The notes beneath the pieces are model-generated. The model saw only the letters and a list, made by a program, of their open reading frames with translations, had not been told where the DNA came from and did not search any database. A stretch of DNA of 64,000 bases. Source: an uncultured Gammaproteobacteria bacterium (GTDB lineage: Bacteria > Patescibacteriota > Patescibacteriia > SG8-24 > DYFX01). The position numbers and the translations under genes are program-made. This document shows positions 18,897 to 27,944 of this stretch, piece after piece. Within the stretch, counting starts at the first letter, position 1. Each line of letters opens with the position of its first letter. The stretch spans positions 41,512 through 105,511 of the forward strand of contig CAYOJH010000001.1 of NCBI GenBank assembly GCA_964404275.1, read 5' to 3'.

Positions 18897-20309
18897 TCAG
18901 CGCAGCTTTTTCACCTGGACGCGGAATTGATCGCCGCGATCGAATTCATTGACGAACAGTCCGAATGAAGCGCAGCCGGGCGAGAGCAAGACGGCCTCTC
19001 CCCTTTTGGCGGCGCGGGCGGCGTGCGCGACGGCTTCTTTCATCGAAGCGACGGTCGCGCCGACGGGCACGCCGGCCTTCTTGAGCGCGGCCGCCATCTT
19101 CGGCGTCGCGGTGCCTTCAAAGAGGATGATATCTTTCGCGTGACGCTTCACCACTTTGGCCCATTCAGAAAATTTCAACGCTTTGTCGGCGCCGCCGGCG
19201 AGCAGCACGCCCTTCTTGCGCGTGAAGATCGTCTGCATCGCGGCGATCGAAGCCTCGGGCGTGGTGGCGGCGGTGTCGTTCCAGTACGTGACGCCGCGCA
19301 GATCATGCACGCGCTCGAGACGGTGCGGCACGCCTTTGAAGGCGCGGAGCGCTTTGCGGATCGCGGCCGGTTTCGCGCCGCGCAGGAAGGCGGCGCCGCC
19401 TGCCAAGAGCGCGTTCCACAAATTGTGCGTTCCGGGCAAGCGCGCGTCCTTCATTTCAAATAAAACCGTTTCGACGCCTTGTGCGCGGATGACGGCTTTC
19501 GTTCCGCGGTAAAACAGGCCGTTCTCCTCGTCGGACAGCGGTTTCATCGAAGCCCAGAAACGCTCGCCGCGCACGCGCGCGCCCATCTTGCGCGTGTAGG
19601 CGTTGTCGTACGGCACGATGGCGATGTCGGTCGGCAGCTGCCAGGCGTAGATGAGTTCCTTGGCGGCGGCGTAGTCGGCCATGCCGTCGTAGCGATTGAG
19701 ATGATCCGGCAGGACGTTGGTCAGCACGGAAATGTTCGGGCTGCGTTCCGCGGGCTTCAAGCTCTCGAGCTGCCACGACGAAAGTTCGAGCACGATCGGC
19801 GTTTCGCGCTTCGATTCCATGACATACGCGCCGTGCGGCGATTTACGGATGTTGCCCGCCACGAGCGCGCGGCCGAAGGCCGCTTCGAGCATCGCGCCGA
19901 GCAGCGCGGTCACGGTCGTTTTTCCCTTCGTGCCGGAGACGCCGATGATCGGATGCGCGCAGAGGCGGAAAAAAATCGACATGTCGGATTCGATCGGCAC
20001 GCCCGCCTTTCGCGCGAGCTTCAGGATGCGTGAATCGCGCGGCACGCCGGGATTCTGGATGACGAGGTCGGCGTTCTTGAAATCCTCCGCGCGATGCGCG
20101 CCGAGCGCGTAGCGGATCGCGTGCGCTTTCTTGCCGAGCGTTTTGCGCTCGCGTTCCAAGGCTTCGATCGACGGCGCGAGCGCGTGCCGATCTTTCAGGT
20201 CCGTGATCGTCAAGCGTGCGCCTTGCGCGAGCAGCCATTTGGAAATCCCCAAACCGCCCTGGTTCAAGCCGAGGCCCATGACCGTCACGTTTTTGCCGCG
20301 GAATTCCAT
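18897..20309 (-). CDS. murD: UDP-MurNAc-L-Ala--D-Glu ligase
   Basis: GLGLNQGG, NPGVP, GTKGKTT, ELSSWQL, DHLNRY, HRLE, LSPGCASF. Confidence 0.95.
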   Translation of the reverse strand: MEFRGKNVTVMGLGLNQGGLGISKWLLAQGARLTITDLKDRHALAPSIEALERERKTLGKKAHAIRYALGAHRAEDFKNADLVIQNPGVPRDSRILKLARKAGVPIESDMSIFFRLCAHPIIGVSGTKGKTTVTALLGAMLEAAFGRALVAGNIRKSPHGAYVMESKRETPIVLELSSWQLESLKPAERSPNISVLTNVLPDHLNRYDGMADYAAAKELIYAWQLPTDIAIVPYDNAYTRKMGARVRGERFWASMKPLSDEENGLFYRGTKAVIRAQGVETVLFEMKDARLPGTHNLWNALLAGGAAFLRGAKPAAIRKALRAFKGVPHRLERVHDLRGVTYWNDTAATTPEASIAAMQTIFTRKKGVLLAGGADKALKFSEWAKVVKRHAKDIILFEGTATPKMAAALKKAGVPVGATVASMKEAVAHAARAAKRGEAVLLSPGCASFGLFVNEFDRGDQFRVQVKKLR

Positions 20310-20311
20310 GG

Positions 20312-21025
20312 TCATTTATGCAAAAATTCATTTCGCGCGAGGTGCACGTTCACCATCGCTTCGGCCACTTCCCAAACCATCATCACGTAAGCCCAGAGCC
20401 CGCGCACGATGCCGATCTTTTGCATCTTGCGGACCTGCCCGACGCCGAGGGTCGGGATCGAGCCGTACGGCCAGCCGTGCGCGCGGCAGGCATAGTTCAG
20501 CGCCATCTCGACCCGAAAGCCTTTCAGGAAACGCGGCGGCACGGATTCGATGACGTCCCGCAGCAGCGCGCGCTCTCCGGAAAGCAGCGGCAAATGCGAG
20601 ATGACGTTTGTGACGAAAGGCCCGCGATCACGGAGTCCCGTGCACATCACGAGGCGGCCGCTGATGACGGGCGCCAGGATCCGCTCGACGTGCATCGGCG
20701 TCAGGCCGAGGAAATCCGCGTCGCAGAAGAACAGGGTGCTCGCTTCGGTCGCCTGGACGCCGCGAAGCAGCGCGTCTCCTTTACCGACGTTTTTTTCGAG
20801 GCGAAGCACCGTGTCGGCGCCGGCGCGTTCCGCTTCTTCCGCCGTCGCGTCGCCCGAGCCGTCGCTCACGACGATCACTTCGTCGATGGACGGCGAAGCC
20901 TTGAGCGCGCGCACGACGGCTCCGACGGTCTTCTCCTCGTTAAAGGCCGGCACGATGGCCGCCACGCGCTGATCCGCGACCTGCACCGTCTGGTGCAGGT
21001 CAGCGGCCGCGAAGCGAGAGCTCAT
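20312..21025 (-). CDS. Glycosyltransferase family 2
   Basis: PAFNEE, VVSDGSGD, GKGDA, FCDAD, LSGERA. Confidence 0.88.
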   Translation of the reverse strand: MSSRFAAADLHQTVQVADQRVAAIVPAFNEEKTVGAVVRALKASPSIDEVIVVSDGSGDATAEEAERAGADTVLRLEKNVGKGDALLRGVQATEASTLFFCDADFLGLTPMHVERILAPVISGRLVMCTGLRDRGPFVTNVISHLPLLSGERALLRDVIESVPPRFLKGFRVEMALNYACRAHGWPYGSIPTLGVGQVRKMQKIGIVRGLWAYVMMVWEVAEAMVNVHLARNEFLHK

Positions 21026-21569
21026 AGAGAATCTCTTCCGCTTTGCGCTCATGCGAACGGGCCTGATCGTACTTGGTGCGAAGGTAGCCGGAATAATCCA
21101 TGGCATCGAGGCCGATGACGACGCGATCGATCCGCGCCTTCATGTCTTTGGCTTCGGCGTCGCGTCCGGCCGTGACGTAGAACGTCATCAAACGGACCGC
21201 TTCGCCGACGGCGTCGCATAAACCGCCGATCTGCGTCTCCTCGTCCAAGCCTTCAAGCGCCGAAACCTCGCCTTTCCAGGCGAGCTGCGCGACGAAACGC
21301 GCTTCGGCGTATTCCTCGAGCGCGGCGCGATACGAGCCTTCATGCGCCAGACGCGCGTTCACCGAAGCTTTGGCGCGAATCGCTTCGAACGCGTCTTCGG
21401 CTTCGGCCAAAAGCGCTTTCGCGCCGGCTTCATCGTCGCGCTGGATCGCGAAAATCGCGCGCTTCGAAGCGCCTTGGGCCTTGGCGGCCAGGCCGATGAT
21501 TTCGCGCCGGGTCGCGTCAAACGTTTCGTGCGCGCGTTTCAGTTCCGCCAGGAGGTCTGCGCTCGTCAT
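21000..21569 (-). CDS. Translin/TRAX family protein
   Basis: SKRAIFAIQR, LEEYAEA, GLCDAVGE, LRTKYD. Confidence 0.82.
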   Translation of the reverse strand: MTSADLLAELKRAHETFDATRREIIGLAAKAQGASKRAIFAIQRDDEAGAKALLAEAEDAFEAIRAKASVNARLAHEGSYRAALEEYAEARFVAQLAWKGEVSALEGLDEETQIGGLCDAVGEAVRLMTFYVTAGRDAEAKDMKARIDRVVIGLDAMDYSGYLRTKYDQARSHERKAEEILYELSLRGR

Positions 21570-21639
21570 AGTCCCGTGCAGCGTAGCCGAAATACGCCTA
21601 AAAATCAAGCCAAAAGAAAAGTCCGCGTCGGAACGCGGA

Positions 21640-23193
21640 CTAGCGGTGATCCCAGGCCGCTTCTTCGCCGGTCAGGCGGAGAAAGCGCTTGGTCGCCGGT
21701 TCGTAGGACAGGAGGCGCACGTCCACCGAGCCGTCATCGTACTCGCGCACTTCGGCCGGCGTGAACCGGAAGAAGTGGCCGTCCTTGTATTCGGCGGCGA
21801 ATTGCCACCAGAGCAGAAGGAACGTCGCCAGGAAGGCGGCCGGCCAACGGAGCGCGTGCAGAAAGGGCAAGGGCGGCAGCAGGAAGAGCGTGACGGGCAG
21901 CGTCGCATACGCCGCGGTGACGAACGCGGCCTTGAGCGGCGCGTGCGTCCAGTAGTAGCCGATGCGGCGGAAGAACGTCTCGAGCTTCGTCCAGCGCGTG
22001 CGGCACTCGACGGTCGGCTTGGACGCGTTGACCTGCCGGATCGCCGTGCCGGTGTTGTAATAGATCACCTGCGCGCCGGCGACTTCGCAGGTCATCATGC
22101 CTCCGCCGTGCGTATGCCCGGCGATGAGATGGCGCACCTGCGGCCGCTCGGCCAGGAACACGTTGAGTTCCTTTTCGATGCGGTCGGCGTGCAACGTGGT
22201 CGCGATCAAGTCGAGCATCATGCGCGGATTGAACTTCTCGCGCGGCCGGCGGAAGGCGTGGAAGAATTTGTGGCCGATCGCTTCCATCGCCAGCATCGGC
22301 AGCAGCAGCGGCAAGGCGTGCCATTTCCTGGCCACGCCGATGATCCATTCGTCGCCGTGATCGACCCGGCGGCCGATGCCCGGAAACAGCCCGCCTTTCA
22401 GCTTCGTGCCGAGCCCCGCGTTCATGTAGGACGCGGTCGGGACGTTCAGGACGAGTTCCTTGCTCGACCATTGGAAGGCCAGATGTCCGGCGATCCAGCG
22501 GAAGACCAGGAAGAGCATCACGAACGACAGGATCACGCCGAGCGCGACGCCGCCGACCGTGTACGGCACCCAAGCGAAGATCAAGCCCGCGAGCGTGCTG
22601 GCGAGCAGGAGCGAGAGGATCAGCATGAAGGCGATGACCTTCCGGCTGATCTTCACGTCTTCCTTGAACGTGTCCGATGCGGGCGGGTTGGCCGAGAACG
22701 GATCGAACTGGTCGCCGTGGACGATCAGCGCCGTTTCGCCGATCGGAATTTCGCGTCCGAACGTGACGCGCTGGCCTTGCCCGGCCGGCGCGAGAACGGC
22801 GCGGAGCTTCTCCTGGACGCTGGCCCAGGCGAAATCCAGATCGTGGTTCCCGATCAGCATCTCGAGGCTGAAGCGCGGAAACCGCTCGATCAGCCCGCGC
22901 AGGTCCGAGAAATATCGGGGATGCGCGCGCAAGATCGCGTCGGTTTTGGCCAGCGCGGCCGTTTCGGTCGGCACGACGCCGTAGCGCCCTTCGAAGCGGA
23001 CGGCATGATAGTCGAACCAGTCGCCGTCGATGACGTGGCGATAGTCGACGTCGGGCCCGATCAGCTCCAAATGCGTCTCGAGCATCTCGAGATACGCGCG
23101 TTCGTTTTCTTTCGGAAAGTCCTCGAGTTTGGGCATGCCCTCCCCGAGGTGGTGATCGCTCATGACAAGCGTCGCCTTGCGCAGTGTCGGCAT
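21640..23193 (-). CDS. Metallophosphoesterase with inserted transmembrane hairpins
   Basis: SDHHLG, DGDWFD, GNHD, HGD, AGHTH, NTG; TM segments in the middle and near the C-terminus; SD GAGGAGG. Confidence 0.8.
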   Translation of the reverse strand: MPTLRKATLVMSDHHLGEGMPKLEDFPKENERAYLEMLETHLELIGPDVDYRHVIDGDWFDYHAVRFEGRYGVVPTETAALAKTDAILRAHPRYFSDLRGLIERFPRFSLEMLIGNHDLDFAWASVQEKLRAVLAPAGQGQRVTFGREIPIGETALIVHGDQFDPFSANPPASDTFKEDVKISRKVIAFMLILSLLLASTLAGLIFAWVPYTVGGVALGVILSFVMLFLVFRWIAGHLAFQWSSKELVLNVPTASYMNAGLGTKLKGGLFPGIGRRVDHGDEWIIGVARKWHALPLLLPMLAMEAIGHKFFHAFRRPREKFNPRMMLDLIATTLHADRIEKELNVFLAERPQVRHLIAGHTHGGGMMTCEVAGAQVIYYNTGTAIRQVNASKPTVECRTRWTKLETFFRRIGYYWTHAPLKAAFVTAAYATLPVTLFLLPPLPFLHALRWPAAFLATFLLLWWQFAAEYKDGHFFRFTPAEVREYDDGSVDVRLLSYEPATKRFLRLTGEEAAWDHR

Positions 23194-23304
23194 GAGTTCC
23201 TCCTCGGTTTATTGGCTGATGTTGGTCTCGAATGACCTGGGCCCACTCCATCAGGAAAAACGGAGTTTGTCAATCACGATTCCGAACGCTACGATGGCAG
23301 GCGT

Positions 23305-24309
23305 ATGACCTTCTCCCCAAAAAAAATCGCCCTGATTCTGGCAGCCTTTCTCCTGACCGGAGGCGCCCTGCTCGCCCGCGCCAGCAGCTACAAGCATGCG
23401 GCGCGCAAACCGAAAGCGCCGGTCGCGACCGCGCCGGTCGCGCCGCCTCCCGACCACACGCGTCCGTTCGCGGTCATGATCGACAATCATCCCGACGCGC
23501 GCCCACAATCCGGCATCGCCAAAGCCGACGTCGTCTGGGAAGCGCCGGTCGAGGGCGGGCTCACCCGCGACATGGCGATCTTCCGCAGCGCCAGCGCGAC
23601 GGAGATCGGTCCGGTCCGCAGCGCGCGGCCGTACTTCCTGACCTGGGCGCGCGAGTTCGACGCGGCCTACGCGCACATCGGCGGCAGCGACGAAGCGCTC
23701 TCCGATCTGGCGAACGGCGCGTTCGGCCTCGATAACGCCGACGGCATCGCCGACAGCCTGACGTTCTGGCGCGACACGCGCCGCGACGCGCCGCACAACG
23801 CCTACACGTCTTCCGAAAAGATGCGCGCGCTGATCGCTTCGAACGCTTGGCATGCGACGACGGACGCGATCGACCTGACGCCGCGTGGAGACGCCGCGAG
23901 CGGCACGCCGGCCATCCGCGTCGATCTCGTCTCGCAAGAGAACGGCGAGCAGGCGGAATTCCAGTGGGATGCCAAGACGAAAAGCTATGATCTCTGGCGC
24001 GCGGGCATGCTCGCGCACGAACGCGACGGCCTCGCCATCGCGCCGAAAACCGTGGTGGTCTTGGAGATGAACATCGTGCCGATCAACGATCCGCACGCCA
24101 AGGGATTGATCGGCCTCCAGAGCCTCGGCTCCGGCAAGGCGACCGTCTTCCAAAACGGCCGCGCCGTCGCGGGCACGTGGAAAAAAGCTTCGCCGCAAGC
24201 TCCGACGATCGTCATCGACGCGAACGGACAGAAAATTCCCTTCGCATCCGGCCAGGTCTGGTACGAGGTCATCGGCATCAACCGCGGCGGCAGCGTCACC
24301 GTGGAGTAA
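23305..24309 (+). CDS. DUF3048 domain protein
   Basis: AVMIDNHPDARPQSGI, EGGLTR, GPVRSARPYF, APHNAY. Confidence 0.9.
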   Translation: MTFSPKKIALILAAFLLTGGALLARASSYKHAARKPKAPVATAPVAPPPDHTRPFAVMIDNHPDARPQSGIAKADVVWEAPVEGGLTRDMAIFRSASATEIGPVRSARPYFLTWAREFDAAYAHIGGSDEALSDLANGAFGLDNADGIADSLTFWRDTRRDAPHNAYTSSEKMRALIASNAWHATTDAIDLTPRGDAASGTPAIRVDLVSQENGEQAEFQWDAKTKSYDLWRAGMLAHERDGLAIAPKTVVVLEMNIVPINDPHAKGLIGLQSLGSGKATVFQNGRAVAGTWKKASPQAPTIVIDANGQKIPFASGQVWYEVIGINRGGSVTVE

Positions 24310-24769
24310 ATTCGCACCAATCCTTGAGCGAACCGACGGTGAAAGTCCAGGTGCGGGTTTCGAGATCTTTGGTGACGTCGCACGGCGATTCGAACGATTT
24401 GCGCGGCGCCGTCGGCGCGACATAGCGCCCGCGCATCGACCAGACCCGTACCGTGCAGGTCGAACCGTCGTCGCTTCCCTCCCCCGTTGCCGCGACGTAG
24501 GCGGCGCAATCGCCGTGGGTCAGGATCTGCGAGGCCACGCGCTCGTCGAGCACCTGCGTGTCGCCCGGGAAGAAACGCTGGGCCAGCGCGTCGCGCGTGC
24601 TCCAAGTCCACATGCCGGCGATCGCCAGGACGCCCAGGATCGCGAGTTCGGCGTGCGAGGGCCCGTGATGCGCGCGGGCCACCGCTGTCACGAAGGCGAA
24701 ACCCGCCACGCAGACCGCGGCGGCTCCGATCACGGCGGCCGGAAGTTCCCAAGAGAAGGCGAAGGCCAT
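24296..24769 (-). CDS. Hypothetical membrane protein
   Basis: Two TMs plus a Cys-containing soluble part; TATACT 8 nt upstream of ATG. Confidence 0.6.
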   Translation of the reverse strand: MAFAFSWELPAAVIGAAAVCVAGFAFVTAVARAHHGPSHAELAILGVLAIAGMWTWSTRDALAQRFFPGDTQVLDERVASQILTHGDCAAYVAATGEGSDDGSTCTVRVWSMRGRYVAPTAPRKSFESPCDVTKDLETRTWTFTVGSLKDWCEFTPR

Positions 24770-24831
24770 ATGCCGCAAGTATAGCATGAGGCTTGCCAGG
24801 GCAGTTTTTTTCTGATACGTTACGTGCGCTC

Positions 24832-24907
24832 GGGTCGGTAGCTCAGTCGGTAGAGCAACAGCCTTTTAAGCTGATGGTCCCGGGTTCGATCCCCGGCCGA
24901 CCCACCA
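24832..24907 (+). tRNA. tRNA-Lys(TTT)
   Basis: GGGTCGGTAGCTCAG...CT-TTT-AA...GGTTCGATCCC...CCGACCCACCA. Confidence 0.96.
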
Positions 24908-24909
24908 TG

Positions 24910-24937
24910 AAAAACATCCCGTCAGGCGGGATGTTTT
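24910..24937. terminator. Bidirectional terminator
   Basis: AAAAA-CATCCCG-5nt-CGGGATG-TTTT between convergent units. Confidence 0.85.
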
Positions 24938-24941
24938 GCGT

Positions 24942-25166
24942 TCAGGCTTCCGGAATCTCGCTTTTGAACTCGGGGTAGCGCTCCTTGAGCTGTTCTTTGA
25001 CGGCCGAGAGTTCCTCGTCGGCGTGGACTTCGGCGAACTCTTCGCGATCCTGGATGACGGCATCGATCATGTCGGACCATTCTTCCGGCGCGTAGGCGCC
25101 TTCGGCCAGGGCGCGCTCTTTGACCGCTTGGTACAGCTCTTCGAGATTGAAGGTGGGAAATTCCAT
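24942..25166 (-). CDS. Small acidic hypothetical protein
   Basis: 74-aa ORF directly after the peptidase gene, ending at a terminator. Confidence 0.7.
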   Translation of the reverse strand: MEFPTFNLEELYQAVKERALAEGAYAPEEWSDMIDAVIQDREEFAEVHADEELSAVKEQLKERYPEFKSEIPEA

Positions 25167-25175
25167 ACGGGAAAA

Positions 25176-25952
25176 TTATTTTTCGACGACGACCATGACC
25201 TTGGCGCCGTGCGCGACGTCGCCGCCGTTCCAATCATGGATGGCGTTCCACAAGACGGCGGGGTCGTAGAGATAGTCGGCGCCGCGGCGCGTGCCCGGAT
25301 CGTTGGTGATGATCTTGCCGTCGTTGGTGAAACCTTTGGCGACCAGCATGTGGTAGAGCGGGCCCGCGCCGCTGAAGTACGGATTGCGCAGCTCGCGTCC
25401 GGCTGCGGGCAGGAGCACCGGCAGGCCTTTCCGGATTTCATTTTTGACGTCTTCGATCGACGAGATCTTCACCGCTTTCGAGCGCGGAAATTTATAGTAC
25501 TCTCGCGCCATCGTCGCGACTTCTTCGGCTGTCGTGTCTTCGTAGTAGCCGAAACGTTGTTTCTCCCAGGCAACGAGCGCGAGGATCTGGCGATCGGCTT
25601 CATCGGGCGTGAAGGCGCCGGCGTTCGTCAGGTAGGCGTTGGCCATCATCAAGGACGCTTCTTCGCACGCTTCCTGATACGGCAGGCCCCAATCGGCGTG
25701 CGGCGCCTGCGGCGTGAACGGCACGGCCAGGTTCGCTTCGCCGGCGATCGGCTTGGGCTGCGGCGCGGGCGTTGTTGGCGGCGGAATCGTCGGCGCGGCG
25801 GGCGGGGGCTCGTAGGGTTGCGCGGCCGGCAGCGCCGGTTTCATCCGCGCGGTCACGGCCTCGCGGATCACGCCGCGTAAAGCGAAAGCCATCCCGGCGG
25901 CGGCAAGCAGCAAGGTGAAGATCGCGCCAAGGATGATCGTTCGCGCGCGCAT
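25176..25952 (-). CDS. C39-like peptidase
   Basis: VPFTPQAP, CEEASL, YHMLV.KG, TNDPG. Confidence 0.85.
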   Translation of the reverse strand: MRARTIILGAIFTLLLAAAGMAFALRGVIREAVTARMKPALPAAQPYEPPPAAPTIPPPTTPAPQPKPIAGEANLAVPFTPQAPHADWGLPYQEACEEASLMMANAYLTNAGAFTPDEADRQILALVAWEKQRFGYYEDTTAEEVATMAREYYKFPRSKAVKISSIEDVKNEIRKGLPVLLPAAGRELRNPYFSGAGPLYHMLVAKGFTNDGKIITNDPGTRRGADYLYDPAVLWNAIHDWNGGDVAHGAKVMVVVEK

Positions 25953-26007
25953 AGAATGGCTTTACTCTACCACAAACCCCGACGTTTCGATCGGGGTTTC
26001 TCTTTCA

Positions 26008-27048
<1,041 letters not shown>

Positions 27049-27065
27049 GGCGAAAATGTGGTCCA

Positions 27066-27094
27066 ACCTTAGTCTTCGACCCCTCGAATGTCAA
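27066..27094 (-). promoter_or_regulatory. Sigma70 promoter of metK
   Basis: TTGACA-17-TAAGGT. Confidence 0.7.
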
Positions 27095-27131
27095 CAACGC
27101 TTTTCCCCAAGGACGTGTATACTGGAACGGT

Positions 27132-27905
27132 ATGAAACGTTCCACGTTTTCTTTGCTCTTGGCCGCCGCGATTCTTGTGGTTGGAGGCCTGGCGCTCTGG
27201 TTCTTCCTGATCGCGCCGCGCCTCGGCCATCCTTCCAAGACGGGTCCGGCGACATCCACCGTCGAGGTCCCGCTCGCCCAGAAGCCGCGCAACGCCGCCC
27301 TCAACCTCTATCTCGCCGCTCCCGCCGCGCTGCCGACAAACGTGGTCCGGGCCGAACTGACGCTGGTCAAGGCGACGGTCACGGACGCAGACGGCCTCGA
27401 GGTCGCGTTCTTCGAGGGCAATCAGCGCGTCATGCTCCAGACCGATATCGTCGAAAAAACCTTGAGCGAGCGGATTCCCGCCGGACATTGGAACCGCCTG
27501 AAGCTCGAATTCTCCCCCGCCGCCGAACTGGCCATGAAGGACGAATCGGTCGAAGCGGTCCTGCTCGGAAAAAAGACGGCGACGTTCGCCTTTGACGCCA
27601 AGGTGCCGACGAGCGGCAGCCTGGCGCTCTTCGCCGCGCTGCCTTTGGAACGCGAAACGCTGGCGGCCGGCGGCGCGACCGTCGCGAACGTGTCGGACAA
27701 AGCGCAAACGGCCGAATCGTTCGTCTTCGGCGGCTTCCTGCTCGATCCGCGCGGCCGCGGCAACGTCTACACGTTGAAGAACGCGACACTCGCCTCCGTC
27801 ATCAAGAAAGACCTCGGCTTCGACATCACGCTGGTCAAAACCGGTTCCTCGGGCTTCACGCCCGCCGCCGGACAGCCGAGCGCGACGCCGCCGCCGACCA
27901 GGTAA
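27132..27905 (+). CDS. Membrane-anchored hypothetical protein (beta-rich, DUF4382-like)
   Basis: N-terminal TM; IPAGHWNRLKLEF; TATACT 8 nt upstream. Confidence 0.6.
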   Translation: MKRSTFSLLLAAAILVVGGLALWFFLIAPRLGHPSKTGPATSTVEVPLAQKPRNAALNLYLAAPAALPTNVVRAELTLVKATVTDADGLEVAFFEGNQRVMLQTDIVEKTLSERIPAGHWNRLKLEFSPAAELAMKDESVEAVLLGKKTATFAFDAKVPTSGSLALFAALPLERETLAAGGATVANVSDKAQTAESFVFGGFLLDPRGRGNVYTLKNATLASVIKKDLGFDITLVKTGSSGFTPAAGQPSATPPPTR

Positions 27906-27939
27906 GCAAAAGAAAAACCCTGCACCGTACGGTGCAGGG
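27906..27939 (-). terminator. Hairpin terminator, copy of 5335-5368
   Basis: CCCTGCACCG-TA-CGGTGCAGGG followed by TTTTTCTTTTGC on the minus strand. Confidence 0.8.
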
Positions 27940-27944
27940 GCGTT

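Noticed and set aside
27049-27131. Possible SAM riboswitch upstream of metK
   Set aside because: The promoter -10 lies 17 nt from the ATG, leaving no room, and no SAM aptamer motif is visible.
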